From assembly GCA_965221775.1 (NCBI GenBank), contig CBDCSU010000005.1, positions 1,088,001 to 1,152,000 of the forward strand: DNA of 64,000 bases. Reading direction: 5' to 3'. Both the position numbers and the translations under genes were made by a program. The notes under the pieces were generated by a model, which worked only from the letters and a program-made list of their open reading frames with translations, was not told the origin of the DNA and made no database searches. This document shows positions 9,734-18,787 of the stretch, piece after piece; the first letter of the stretch is position 1; every line of letters starts with the position of its first letter. The DNA is from Candidatus Latescibacterota bacterium (GTDB taxonomy: Bacteria > Latescibacterota > UBA2968 > UBA8231).

Positions 9734-10621
9734 GTGAGCGGCCTGGCGCGCGGCGGCGCCCTGCACGCCCTGGCGGCGGTGCTCCTGTGGTCGACGGTGG
9801 CCTCCGCCTTCAAGCTCTCCCTGCGCGAGCTGTCGCCGCCGCAGCTCGTCTTCGCCAGCAGCCTCGTGTCGGCCGCCTTCCTCGGGACCGTCCTCGCCCT
9901 GCAGGGCCGCCTGCCGGAGCTGCTCACCCTGCCCCGCCGCCAGTGGCTGCGTTCCGCCGGCCTCGGGCTGCTCAACCCCTGCCTCTACTACCTGGTCCTG
10001 CTGGAAGCCTACCACCGGCTGCCGGCGCAGCAGGCCCAGGCCCTCAACTACACCTGGGCCCTGGTCCTCGCCTACCTGTCGGCCCTGCTGCTGCGCCAGC
10101 GGCTGCTGCGCACCGACGTGCTCGCCGGCTTCATCTGCTACGGCGGCGCCCTCGTCGTCGCCACCCGCGGTCACCTCCTCGAGCTGCGCTTCGACGACGG
10201 CCTCGGCGTCGCCCTCGCCTTGGGCAGCACCCTGATCTGGGGCCTCTACTGGGTCGGGATCACCCGCGATCCGGTGGATGCGGCGACGCGGCTGTTCCTC
10301 AACTTCCTCCTCGGACTGCCCTGGGCGGCCCTGGTCTGCGGCCTGCGCGCCGACTTCGCCTTCGGCTGGAAGGGCTGGGCCGGCGCCGCCTACGTGGGCT
10401 TCTTCGAGATGGGCCTCACCTTCCTCCTCTGGCTCGCCGCCCTGCGCCGCGCCGGCAACGCCTCCCGCGTGGCCAACCTGATTTTCCTCTCCCCCTTCCT
10501 CTCCCTGGTCTTCCTGCACCACCTCGTGGGGGAGAGGATCGAGACGGCCACGCTGGTGGGTCTCGCCGTCATCGTCGCGGGTCTGCTGATCCAGCGGCGG
10601 GGGGCGGCGCGGGGGCGGTGA
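9734..10621 (+). CDS. DMT/EamA family transporter
   Basis: About ten TM segments; '[10 protein letters not shown]', 'YVGFFEMG', '[10 protein letters not shown]'. Confidence 0.9.
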   Translation: MSGLARGGALHALAAVLLWSTVASAFKLSLRELSPPQLVFASSLVSAAFLGTVLALQGRLPELLTLPRRQWLRSAGLGLLNPCLYYLVLLEAYHRLPAQQAQALNYTWALVLAYLSALLLRQRLLRTDVLAGFICYGGALVVATRGHLLELRFDDGLGVALALGSTLIWGLYWVGITRDPVDAATRLFLNFLLGLPWAALVCGLRADFAFGWKGWAGAAYVGFFEMGLTFLLWLAALRRAGNASRVANLIFLSPFLSLVFLHHLVGERIETATLVGLAVIVAGLLIQRRGAARGR

Positions 10622-10864
10622 GGCCCGCCGGCGGGGGCGGCAAGGGCGGACGCTTCGCGGATGCTGGCTGAGGGCCCTTGCCTTTTTGGCAGTGACACGT
10701 AGGTTATTCGCCTGAACCTCGTGCTCTGATGCCTTGTGCATCTCTTCCGATTCCGAGCCGCCTTCTGGCCGGAAATCCTACGGGTTCACCATCTGACGCA
10801 GGCGCTTGGCGCCTGAATCAGTTGGTTCACACAGGATGCAGTTTCGCCAAGTAGAGAAAGAGGA

Positions 10865-12580
10865 ATGGGCAAAGCTGAAGAGGGCCGCTCCGGCCTTGTT
10901 GATTTTCCAAACGATCCAAGAGAGTTAGAGACACGCCAGATCCAGGAGTGCCTGCGCGATGCGGGCTTCTCCTCGGAGGACCAGGACTGGCTGCTGCGCG
11001 TCCTTGCACGCCCGGACTGCTTTGGGAGTACTGCACGCGACGCCGCATTCAAAGAGGGCTTCGTGGATACCTTCGAGGGCGTCCTGCGGCAGATTCTGGA
11101 TGGGACGAAGCCAGAGGACCGTCAGACCCGCCTGGCCATCCTGTTCGGCTTCATGCTCAACTGTGGTCCGGTCTACTACAGGGAGGAGCTTCGCCCCTCT
11201 GTCGAAGGATCCTGGGCAACCGAATTCCGGAGGCAGGCAGGGTTCTGTGCGCGAAGTCTGGACTGGCATACCCTCGACGCAATGAAGGACTCCTCGTCCT
11301 TCCTGTTCGCCAAGCTGATTCCACATCTCTTCCCTGATGGTCTGCCGTTGACAGAGGTCGTCAACCTCGATGCCCTCGATCCCGTCAAGCGAACGGAGTG
11401 GTCCAGCAGTGACTTCAGGGACCCTGGAGCTCTCGAATTCTGGCTGATCTGGCGCTTTCGCAATGATGAGGAGCATCGCGGCACGGTCAACCTGCGCACA
11501 CTGCTGCCGGCCTTTGTCGATCTTCCGCCAGAGGTCCTGGGGGAAAAGCTGCTAGGTCTCCTGAACGCCATCGACTATGCGCTGAACATTGCGAATGCCA
11601 GGAGTACCGCTGGACTGGATCCCATGAATCGAGGATGGCGACTGGTTGCCCGCGAGTTGACTCCCTTCCTGGAGCTCTTGCATGAGAAACAGCCCCACTC
11701 GCACCGGGAACCGTCGATCCTGCTCAAGGCATGGTGGGCGCTGGCCGTAAAGGTTCACGGCCGTAGCATGGGGGGGCTGGAAGAGGAGCTTTCCCCCGAA
11801 CGGAGAGACCAACTCGTTGAGAGTGCAGCCAAGCAATTCGGCCTTCTGCGCAAGGTATTGCGGGAATCGCCCGAACATTTCGCGGGCCAGGATTGCACCG
11901 GCCAGGTCTCCGACTTCTACCACGAGGCATTCCGCGTGCTGCGCATCTTCGCCCCCCCGTGGAAGCGGCTGAAGCCCCTGCTGCTGGTCTTCACCGGAAT
12001 GAAGATCCCCGCAGTTGCCCCAGACCTGCGCCCTTGGTCCGAATCGGGCAGAGAGCCCCCGCCGCATTCATATAGTCGGATACCTCTGTGGATCGCAATC
12101 AGCATGTATCCCCAGTATCTCCAAGATGAACTCAAGAGGGACCCCTACCTGCACGGCCTGCGCGAAGAGTTCGCCGCATTCTGTCTCGGGCGTCTCAAGA
12201 CAGACGCCGAGGCCAAGTTCGTCGAGCCTCGACCCTACTGGCGTCAGTCCTACGTACGGGCCTTGGCGGCCTTGCGCGTCAACCCCGGAGGCCGGGCGCA
12301 CCGGACCGTATTCTGGCTGCTCAACAACGATCCGGACGAGACGGTCCGCGCCTATGCCAAGAAGGCGCACAAGAGAATCCGGCACCTGGACCGCAAGAAA
12401 CCCAACCTGGATGACGGTGCCTCGCCTCGCCGCCCCCTCTTTGAGGCATTCTGGTGGCTCCGTCAGGCCCACCTCCTAACCCTCGGGATAGAGATTGATG
12501 CCGCAGGCGCCATGCGGACGCGCCGCAAGGAACTGCAGCGTACCCGGGAGAAGGATGACCGCCCCCGCTGGGAAGGGTAG
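10865..12580 (+). CDS. Uncharacterised alpha-helical protein, 571 aa (C-terminal HEAT-like segment)
   Basis: Long ORF with AGAGGA RBS and atypical codon usage; 'YVRALAAL...NDPDETVRAYAKKA' looks HEAT-like. Confidence 0.75.
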   Translation: MGKAEEGRSGLVDFPNDPRELETRQIQECLRDAGFSSEDQDWLLRVLARPDCFGSTARDAAFKEGFVDTFEGVLRQILDGTKPEDRQTRLAILFGFMLNCGPVYYREELRPSVEGSWATEFRRQAGFCARSLDWHTLDAMKDSSSFLFAKLIPHLFPDGLPLTEVVNLDALDPVKRTEWSSSDFRDPGALEFWLIWRFRNDEEHRGTVNLRTLLPAFVDLPPEVLGEKLLGLLNAIDYALNIANARSTAGLDPMNRGWRLVARELTPFLELLHEKQPHSHREPSILLKAWWALAVKVHGRSMGGLEEELSPERRDQLVESAAKQFGLLRKVLRESPEHFAGQDCTGQVSDFYHEAFRVLRIFAPPWKRLKPLLLVFTGMKIPAVAPDLRPWSESGREPPPHSYSRIPLWIAISMYPQYLQDELKRDPYLHGLREEFAAFCLGRLKTDAEAKFVEPRPYWRQSYVRALAALRVNPGGRAHRTVFWLLNNDPDETVRAYAKKAHKRIRHLDRKKPNLDDGASPRRPLFEAFWWLRQAHLLTLGIEIDAAGAMRTRRKELQRTREKDDRPRWEG

Positions 12581-12726
12581 ACCGGGCAGAGCCCATCGCA
12601 TCACAGGCCAGGAACTCTTGCCTTACTCAGGTGTCACCCATAGCGGAATCAACTCGTCGGTCCTCAATTGGGAAGAATGGTGTCCCCATGAGCCGACAAA
12701 TCCCAATAGGAAAGGAGGTGATAAGG

Positions 12727-12891
12727 ATGGCCAACTCTGGTAGCGAACGCAGTCAAGCTGATCTTGACAATCGCGCCAATCAGCTGAATTCCAATAACGA
12801 TGCTTATTGGCAGTCGCGAGAGCACGAGCAGAGACCCGATGATTGGGAATCTCGCGAGACTCAGGACTCGGCAGAGTCCGACAGTGGTTGA
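12727..12891 (+). CDS. Small acidic N/Q/D-rich protein, 54 aa
   Basis: Strong SD AAAGGAGGTG before the ATG at 12727; 'RSQADLDNRANQLNSNNDAYWQSR...RPDDW'. Confidence 0.7.
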   Translation: MANSGSERSQADLDNRANQLNSNNDAYWQSREHEQRPDDWESRETQDSAESDSG

Positions 12892-13057
12892 TCGATGATC
12901 TCTTGAGTTGATCAGCCCGCACTCTCGATGCGCCCACACTTAGCGCCTTGATAGCCGCACTCCTGATCTCTCTGAGATCGTGTAGGGCGCGTCCTTTCAG
13001 ACCACTGGGCGACGGCAATCTCGTCCCCACACAGGTCCTCTGCGAAAGGAGACCGCA

Positions 13058-13927
13058 ATGCACCGCCACGTAATTCTGAACGCGCCAACAGTCAACTTTC
13101 ACCTGCTGGCATCCTGCAACATGAGTTGCGGGTTTTGTTTCGCCACATTTCAGGACATCCCCGGCCTATCCTGGTCGAACCGGGAGGATGACGCGTTTGC
13201 CATTGTGGACGCGTTGTGCATGGCCGGCTTCCGCAAGATCAACTTCGCCGGTGGCGAGCCAACTCTTCTGCCTTGGCTGCACGAGCTGATCCAGCGGACC
13301 CACTCACACGGCGTTACTACCTCCATCGTGACCAACGGCTCTCGAATCTCCGGGGACTGGCTCGACAGCCTGGACGGCAGTCTCGACATCGCTGCGCTGA
13401 GCATCGATAGCGTGGCTGTAGAGACGCAGCGCAAGATCGGCCGGGTCGAGAAAGGCAGAGGCAAGGAGCCCTTGAGCGAGGCTCACTACCTGGCTCTGGG
13501 TGAGATGATCCGGGCGCACGGCATCCGCCTGAAGGTGAACACGGTTGTCAACAGGTACAACTGTGCCGAGGACCTTCGCCCGTTCATCCTGGCGATTCGG
13601 CCGGAGCGTTGGAAGATGTTCCAGGCCCTTCCGGTAGAGGGTCAGAACGACGGCCGCATCGCCGAAATGACGGTGACCGACGACGAGTTCCGATGGTACG
13701 TAGAGCGCAATCGCACCGTCGAAGACTGCGGAATCGCGGTCGTGCCGGAGAGCAACGAACTGATGACGGGCAGCTACGTCATGGTCGATCCGCGCGGCCG
13801 CTTCTTCGACAACACCCAGGGGCGGCATACCTACAGCAGGCCGCTCCTGGAAGTAGGCGTCGCCCAGGCACTGAACGATGTGGTGGTACATGTCGGCGGG
13901 TTTCAGGAGAGGGGCGGGCTCTACTAG
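13058..13927 (+). CDS. Prokaryotic viperin (antiviral radical SAM protein, pVip)
   Basis: 'VNFHLLASCNMSCGFCFATF', 'KINFAGGEPTL', 'KVNTVV', 'RWKMFQ..GQND', 'PESNELMTGSYVMVDPRGRF', terminal 'FQERGGLY'. Confidence 0.95.
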   Translation: MHRHVILNAPTVNFHLLASCNMSCGFCFATFQDIPGLSWSNREDDAFAIVDALCMAGFRKINFAGGEPTLLPWLHELIQRTHSHGVTTSIVTNGSRISGDWLDSLDGSLDIAALSIDSVAVETQRKIGRVEKGRGKEPLSEAHYLALGEMIRAHGIRLKVNTVVNRYNCAEDLRPFILAIRPERWKMFQALPVEGQNDGRIAEMTVTDDEFRWYVERNRTVEDCGIAVVPESNELMTGSYVMVDPRGRFFDNTQGRHTYSRPLLEVGVAQALNDVVVHVGGFQERGGLY

Positions 13928-13984
13928 TGACGGCCCCTCTGTTCCCCCTTTCGTACGATCGAGCGACGGGCGGGTGAGTGAGTA

Positions 13985-14025
13985 GCAAGAGACGTTCCGG
14001 CGGTCATCGTCGGGGCGTCTCTTGC
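13985..14025 (+). terminator. Long hairpin downstream of viperin
   Basis: GCAAGAGACG...CGTCTCTTGC stem extended by G-U pairs; no U-tract. Confidence 0.45.
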
Positions 14026-14065
14026 GCCCGCGCTGCCCGCCGGGCACGTCTGGAACGCCCAATGA

Positions 14066-14132
14066 ACCTCGTTGGCCACATGTCGGCCGGTCTTGCCGTC
14101 ATCGTCTCGGGACTGCTGATCCAGCGGTGGGG
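14066..14132 (+). repeat. Diverged copy of the DMT gene 3' end
   Basis: 14089-14132 matches 10559-10602 with 4 mismatches in 44 nt. Confidence 0.9.
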
Positions 14133-14181
14133 TGACCGCATCGGAGGCTCAGGGGCTTGTTCCAGCTTTACAGAGCCCTGG

Positions 14182-14200
14182 TGGTATCATACTGATACCA
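14182..14200. promoter_or_regulatory. Palindromic operator of an RHH antitoxin
   Basis: TGGTATCA-TAC-TGATACCA directly before the ATG, overlapping an extended -10 (TGgTATCAT). Confidence 0.7.
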
Positions 14201-14202
14201 GC

Positions 14203-14433
14203 ATGAAATCGGTACACATCCGAGGTATCGAAGCAGCCACCCTGGCGGCCCTCAAGCGCCTGGCAAGGTGCCGCCGGCGGTCGCTTCAAGAAGAGCTCCG
14301 CGCCATCCTCGAGCGCGCGGCGCGTACGGCCCCTCCCGAGGAGCAAGCCGACCTGAGCTGGCATACCGTGGAGACCGGGCGCCGCTCGCCCACCTGGTCG
14401 CGCAGCGAGACATACGACGATCGAGGCCGGTGA
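14203..14433 (+). CDS. FitA/Arc-like RHH antitoxin, orphan
   Basis: 'MKSVHIRGIE..TLAALKRLA...RRSLQEELRAILERAA'. Confidence 0.8.
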   Translation: MKSVHIRGIEAATLAALKRLARCRRRSLQEELRAILERAARTAPPEEQADLSWHTVETGRRSPTWSRSETYDDRGR

Positions 14434-14457
14434 GGCCGTCTTCGCCGATACAGCGCC

Positions 14458-16164
14458 GTGACACACCCAACCCTCTCCGACACCAACCTGCCCGCCCCTA
14501 TGCGCGACGGCACCGTCCTGCGCGCCGACGTGTACCGTCCCGACGCGCCGGGCGCCTTCCCGGTCCTGCTGTGCCGCACGCCCTACGACAAGAGCGCCCC
14601 GAGGCAGGTCGAGACCGGCCGGCGCCTGGCCGAGCGCGGCTACGTGGTCGTCCTCCAGGACGTGCGCGGGAGGCATGCCTCGGACGGCGACTTCCTCCCG
14701 GGGTTCTACAGCGCCGACCACCGCGACGCCGAGGACGGGTACGACGCGGTCGAGTGGGCGGCGGGCCTGCCGGGGTCCGACGGCCGGGTCGGCACCTTCG
14801 GCGCCTCCTACGACGGCTGGGTGCAGTGGGAGCTGGCCACCACCCGGCCCCCGCACCTGGTATGCATGCTCGCCGGCGGGATCGCGGCGAACCTGCTCGA
14901 CCGCGAGCTGGGCGGCGTGTTGCGTCTCGGCCGGGTCCTGGACTGGACGGTGAACAACCTCTCCGTCGACGCGGCCCGGCGCCGGGGGGACCGCTGGAAG
15001 GCAGCGACGACCGACGAGGCGTCGCGCCTGTGGGTCGAGCGCGACCGCGGCAAGTGGCTGTGGTACCTGCCTCTCTACGACATCCCCGAGGCGGCCATGC
15101 CGGGCATGCGCGGCCACTGGCGGCGCTGGCTCGACGACCACACGGCCGACCACTTCCGCTTCCAGGAACGCCACGCCGAGGTCGACGTGCCCGTCCTGAG
15201 CACGGTCGGCTGGTACGACCAGCAGATCGGCACGATCCAGCAGTTCACGGGGATGAGGGCCAACGGCCGGACCGAACGCGCCCGCGCCGGCCAGCGGCTG
15301 ATCATCGGCCCCTGGACCCACACCCTGGTGGACCTGGACCGCCGCGTGGGCGACGTCGACTTCGGGCCGCAGGCGGAGCGCAGCTACTTCGACATCGCCG
15401 ACGAGTGGTTCGGCCACTGGCTGAAGGGGGACGCGCCGGGCGAGCCGGAGCGGCCGCCGGTGGAGCTGTTCGTCATGGGCGCCAACCGCTGGCGCTCGGA
15501 GGACGACTGGCCCCTGGCGCGGGCGCGGGCGACCGAGTACTTCCTGCGCAGCGACGGACACGCCGACATGAGGGCCGGCGCCGGCCGCCTGTCCCGCGAG
15601 GCGCCGTGCGAGGAGCCGGCCGACGAGTACGTCTACGATCCGCGGGATCCGCTCATGACCCTGTACACGCCGGCGGGACAGCACGCCCCCCTCGACCAGC
15701 GGGCCCTCGACGGACGGCCGGACGTGATGGTCTACCAGACCCCGCCCCTGGAGCGGGAGGTGGAGGTCACGGGCCCGGTGGAGGTCGTGCTGTGGGCGGC
15801 CTCCTCGGCGCCGGACACCGACTTCGTGGCCAAGCTGATCGACGTCTGGCCCGACGGCTTCGCCCAGGAGCTGTGCCACGGCATCGTGCGCTGCCGCTAC
15901 CGCGACTCCCTGGACAAACCGTCCCCGCTGGAGCCGGAGCGGCCGTACGAGCTTCGCATCCGGGTGAACCCCACCAGCAACCTCTTCCGCCCCGGCCACC
16001 GCATCCGCCTCGACATCAGCAGCAGCGACTTCCCGAACTTCGACCGCAACCACAACACCGGGGGCGACGACTACCGGGAGGCGGAGCTGCGGACGGCGCG
16101 CCAGCGGATCTTCCACGACGCCGCCCGGCCCTCCCGACTGGTGCTGCCGGTGATTCCGGGGTGA
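14458..16164 (+). CDS. CocE/NonD family hydrolase
   Basis: 'PMRDGTVLRADVYRP', 'RTPY', 'QDVRGR', 'GASYDG', 'IGPWTH', 'GHRIRLDISSSDFP'. Confidence 0.95.
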   Translation: MTHPTLSDTNLPAPMRDGTVLRADVYRPDAPGAFPVLLCRTPYDKSAPRQVETGRRLAERGYVVVLQDVRGRHASDGDFLPGFYSADHRDAEDGYDAVEWAAGLPGSDGRVGTFGASYDGWVQWELATTRPPHLVCMLAGGIAANLLDRELGGVLRLGRVLDWTVNNLSVDAARRRGDRWKAATTDEASRLWVERDRGKWLWYLPLYDIPEAAMPGMRGHWRRWLDDHTADHFRFQERHAEVDVPVLSTVGWYDQQIGTIQQFTGMRANGRTERARAGQRLIIGPWTHTLVDLDRRVGDVDFGPQAERSYFDIADEWFGHWLKGDAPGEPERPPVELFVMGANRWRSEDDWPLARARATEYFLRSDGHADMRAGAGRLSREAPCEEPADEYVYDPRDPLMTLYTPAGQHAPLDQRALDGRPDVMVYQTPPLEREVEVTGPVEVVLWAASSAPDTDFVAKLIDVWPDGFAQELCHGIVRCRYRDSLDKPSPLEPERPYELRIRVNPTSNLFRPGHRIRLDISSSDFPNFDRNHNTGGDDYREAELRTARQRIFHDAARPSRLVLPVIPG

Positions 16165-16215
16165 GACGCTCCGCGCCCAAGGCGGGCCGGCCAAGCTCAG
16201 CCGAGCCCCGACCAG

Positions 16216-16263
16216 CTACTTGAGATGGAGCACCCGCCGCGTCTGCACTCCGCCGGGATCGGT
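16216..16263 (-). pseudogene. Remnant of a FlgD-Ig-type C-terminal tail
   Basis: Reads TDPGGVQTRRVLHLK*, resembling TAEGVQTRKLTLLR* at 63864. Confidence 0.45.
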
Positions 16264-16357
16264 GAGCGCCCCGGGCGCGAAGGGGCCGCCGTGGGTCAGC
16301 GGATACCGCCCGCGGGAACGGCGGCGGGCTCCTCGATGCGAGCCTCGATCGCTGCCT

Positions 16358-17353
16358 TCACCGGTCCGCGCCCTCGCGCCGCGCCCGGGCCTCCTCGGCC
16401 TCGACTTCCCGCCGCACCTGCTCGAGCAGGCCCGTCACCCGGGCGTGGTTGATGGCCATCGCCTCGGCCCGGGTGCCGCCGCCGGGCGGCTCGAAGTGGG
16501 TGGCAACGGCCAGCACGGCGTCGCTGCCGTCCTCGACGAGGCGGCGGAAGACCGTCGAGTAACCCACCTCCCCCTCCCCGATCGGCCGCCAGGCGAACTC
16601 GCCGCCGGCCCCGTCGTGGACCTGCACGTCCTTCAGGTGCAGGGCCGCCAGCAGGGGCCGCAGGCGGTCGTACCCCTTCGTGGGCACCTCGCGCTCGCCC
16701 GACAGCACGTTGTCGGCGGGACCCCAGAAGGCCTGCAGACGCGGCGAGCCCAGCCGCTCGGCGAGCTGCTGGAAATGTGCCGTCGTGTTCGTGTAGTGGA
16801 ACGGCCGCTGGTTGACGATCAGGTCGACGCCGTGCTTCTCGGCCCGCTCGAGGAGCGCTCCGAAGATCTCGACCAGGCCCCGGAACTCGGCCTCCGAGAC
16901 GATGCCGCCGCCGGTGGCCCAGCGCATCGGCCAGCCGGGGGAGCGCGACCAGGTATCCGGCCAGTCCGTCCACTCGCCGGGCCACAGGAAGCCGTGGGTC
17001 GTCACGGCGCCGACGCCGAGGCGGGCGGCGATCTCCATCGTCCGCACGACGGCGTCGAAGTCGCGGCGGAAGACCTCGTGCTCCCGCAGTCGGCCCGGGG
17101 ACAGGTCCGTCAGCCGCAGGTCGTGGAAGGCGTGGCCGGCGCCGAGGGTGAACAGCTTGCGGCTCCGGGCGTCGACGCGCCGGGCCATGTCGTCCGCCTG
17201 GGCGTCGGTCAACTCCGGGACCGGCGTCTCGCCGGGGAGCCGCGAGAACCACACGTACTCGCTGCCCAAGTCGACGGCCACCTGCAGCCCCTCGTCCAGG
17301 GGCAGGGCCAGCTCGTCGAGCCAGATGGCGACGCGCAGTCGATCCTTCGCCAT
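16358..17353 (-). CDS. Sugar phosphate isomerase/epimerase (AP-endonuclease-2 TIM barrel)
   Basis: 'LHLKD', 'PIGEGEVGY', 'WLDEL'. Confidence 0.8.
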   Translation of the reverse strand: MAKDRLRVAIWLDELALPLDEGLQVAVDLGSEYVWFSRLPGETPVPELTDAQADDMARRVDARSRKLFTLGAGHAFHDLRLTDLSPGRLREHEVFRRDFDAVVRTMEIAARLGVGAVTTHGFLWPGEWTDWPDTWSRSPGWPMRWATGGGIVSEAEFRGLVEIFGALLERAEKHGVDLIVNQRPFHYTNTTAHFQQLAERLGSPRLQAFWGPADNVLSGEREVPTKGYDRLRPLLAALHLKDVQVHDGAGGEFAWRPIGEGEVGYSTVFRRLVEDGSDAVLAVATHFEPPGGGTRAEAMAINHARVTGLLEQVRREVEAEEARARREGADR

Positions 17354-17354
17354 G

Positions 17355-17669
17355 TCAGTCGTTTCCGACGGCGGCCAGGGGCTGGATTCCCGCCAGGTCG
17401 GCTTCCTCCGCGCGTTGGGCGTGATACAGGTCCCACCGGGCCTGCAGGTTCAGCCAGAAGCCAGCCGTCATGCCGAAGAACCTCCCCAGGCGCAGGGCCG
17501 TGCCTGGGGTGATGCCGCGCCGGCGGTTGACCAGCTCATTGATCCGCTGGTAGGGCACGTGGATCGCGTCGGCCAGTTGCCGCTGGGTGACGTCCATCGG
17601 CAGGAGGAACTCCTCGAGCAGCATCTCGCCGGGATGGGTCGGCTCACGGTGGGTGGGGATGCGTGCCAT
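17355..17669 (-). CDS. higA: HigA family HTH antitoxin, orphan
   Basis: 'THPGEMLLEEFL...TQRQLADAI.VPYQRINELVN.RRGIT..TALRL.RFFG...FWLNLQ'. Confidence 0.9.
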   Translation of the reverse strand: MARIPTHREPTHPGEMLLEEFLLPMDVTQRQLADAIHVPYQRINELVNRRRGITPGTALRLGRFFGMTAGFWLNLQARWDLYHAQRAEEADLAGIQPLAAVGND

Positions 17670-17883
17670 CTCTCCGCTCGAAGTCCTCGTCATCGCCCAC
17701 GTCGGGCATCGCTCTGAGGTACTGCTCGAAGGACATCTCCGGCGACTTGGGTTCCGTGCCGAGGAGGGCCTCGCGCAGAATCGCCCGGTGCTCTTCCTCG
17801 ACGGAGCGGCCCTTCCGGCCGGCGCGCTCCTCGAGCCGGGCGACGACCTCCGGTTCCAGATTCCTGACGATGAGTCGTGCCAT
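17644..17883 (-). CDS. FitA-like RHH antitoxin, orphan
   Basis: 'MARLIVRNLEPEVVARL.ERA...GRSVEEEHRAILREAL...MPDVGDDEDF'. Confidence 0.85.
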   Translation of the reverse strand: MARLIVRNLEPEVVARLEERAGRKGRSVEEEHRAILREALLGTEPKSPEMSFEQYLRAMPDVGDDEDFERRDGTHPHPP

Positions 17884-17890
17884 GCGGACG

Positions 17891-17920
17891 AGTATGACAA
17901 CCCTTGTTGTCGTCCGTCAA
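17891..17920 (-). promoter_or_regulatory. Sigma70 promoter with operator; probably a leaderless transcript
   Basis: TTGACG-N18-CATACT, 7 nt before the ATG; GACAAC-N4-GTTGTC palindrome at 17896-17911. Confidence 0.65.
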
Positions 17921-17992
17921 TCCCGGCCGCCGCGAGAACCACTACCTTTCGCGGCTCCCGCTCCCCAGCCCCTGGACCAGGAGAGCACTCCC

Positions 17993-18787
17993 TTGACGAG
18001 CGAGTTGAGCTTCCGGGCCCGGGTGCCGGTCATCGACGCCAACGTCGGCGTCGGTCACTCGCATCTGCGGCCGGCCCCGGTCGACACCCCGGAGGAGCTG
18101 CGCGCCGAGCTGAACCGCCACGGCGTCGAGCGCGCGGTCATCCACCACCAGCACGGCGAGAGCCTCAGCGCCGTCACGGGGAACGACTTCCTCCACGAGT
18201 GGCTCGACGGCCACGAGGACGCCTTCATCCCCCAGTGGATGGCCAGCCCGGAGCCGGACAGCCTCAAGCAGCTGCAGCAGCTGCGCGCCGAGGGCCGGGT
18301 CAGCAGCGTGCGCATCCACGACTCGGGGGCCGCCAGTGTGCCTTTCGTCGACTGGGTCTACGGCGATCTGCTGGAGTGGCTGCAGGCCGAGGGCATCCCC
18401 GTGTGGATCTCCCTGCACGATACCTGGGACCCCTCGTGGATGGTGCGCAAGAACACGCCGGTGACGGAGGTGATGGAGATCCTGCGCGCTTTCCCCGGCC
18501 TGGTGACCGTCCTCCTCGGGCTCCACTTCGTGCACTCCTACTACGTGCGGCCCTTCCTCAAGCTCACCAGCGCCCGCCTGGAGCTGAGCCGCTACGAGGT
18601 CCTGCGCGAGCTCGAGGTGCTGGTCGCCGAGTTCGGGGCGGAGCGCTTCCTCTACGGTTCCTTCTACCCGCGTCTGGCCATGGGTCCCATGCTCTACTAC
18701 ATCCACAACGTCGGCTTCGACGAGGCGACCCTGGGGGCCGTGTGCAGCGGCAACCTGGAACGCCTGCTGGAAGGAGGCGCACGATGA
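17993..18787 (+). CDS. Amidohydrolase_2 family protein
   Basis: AGGAG then TTG start; 'VIDANVGVGH', 'FGAERFLYGSFYP', 'GNLERLL'. Confidence 0.8.
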   Translation: MTSELSFRARVPVIDANVGVGHSHLRPAPVDTPEELRAELNRHGVERAVIHHQHGESLSAVTGNDFLHEWLDGHEDAFIPQWMASPEPDSLKQLQQLRAEGRVSSVRIHDSGAASVPFVDWVYGDLLEWLQAEGIPVWISLHDTWDPSWMVRKNTPVTEVMEILRAFPGLVTVLLGLHFVHSYYVRPFLKLTSARLELSRYEVLRELEVLVAEFGAERFLYGSFYPRLAMGPMLYYIHNVGFDEATLGAVCSGNLERLLEGGAR

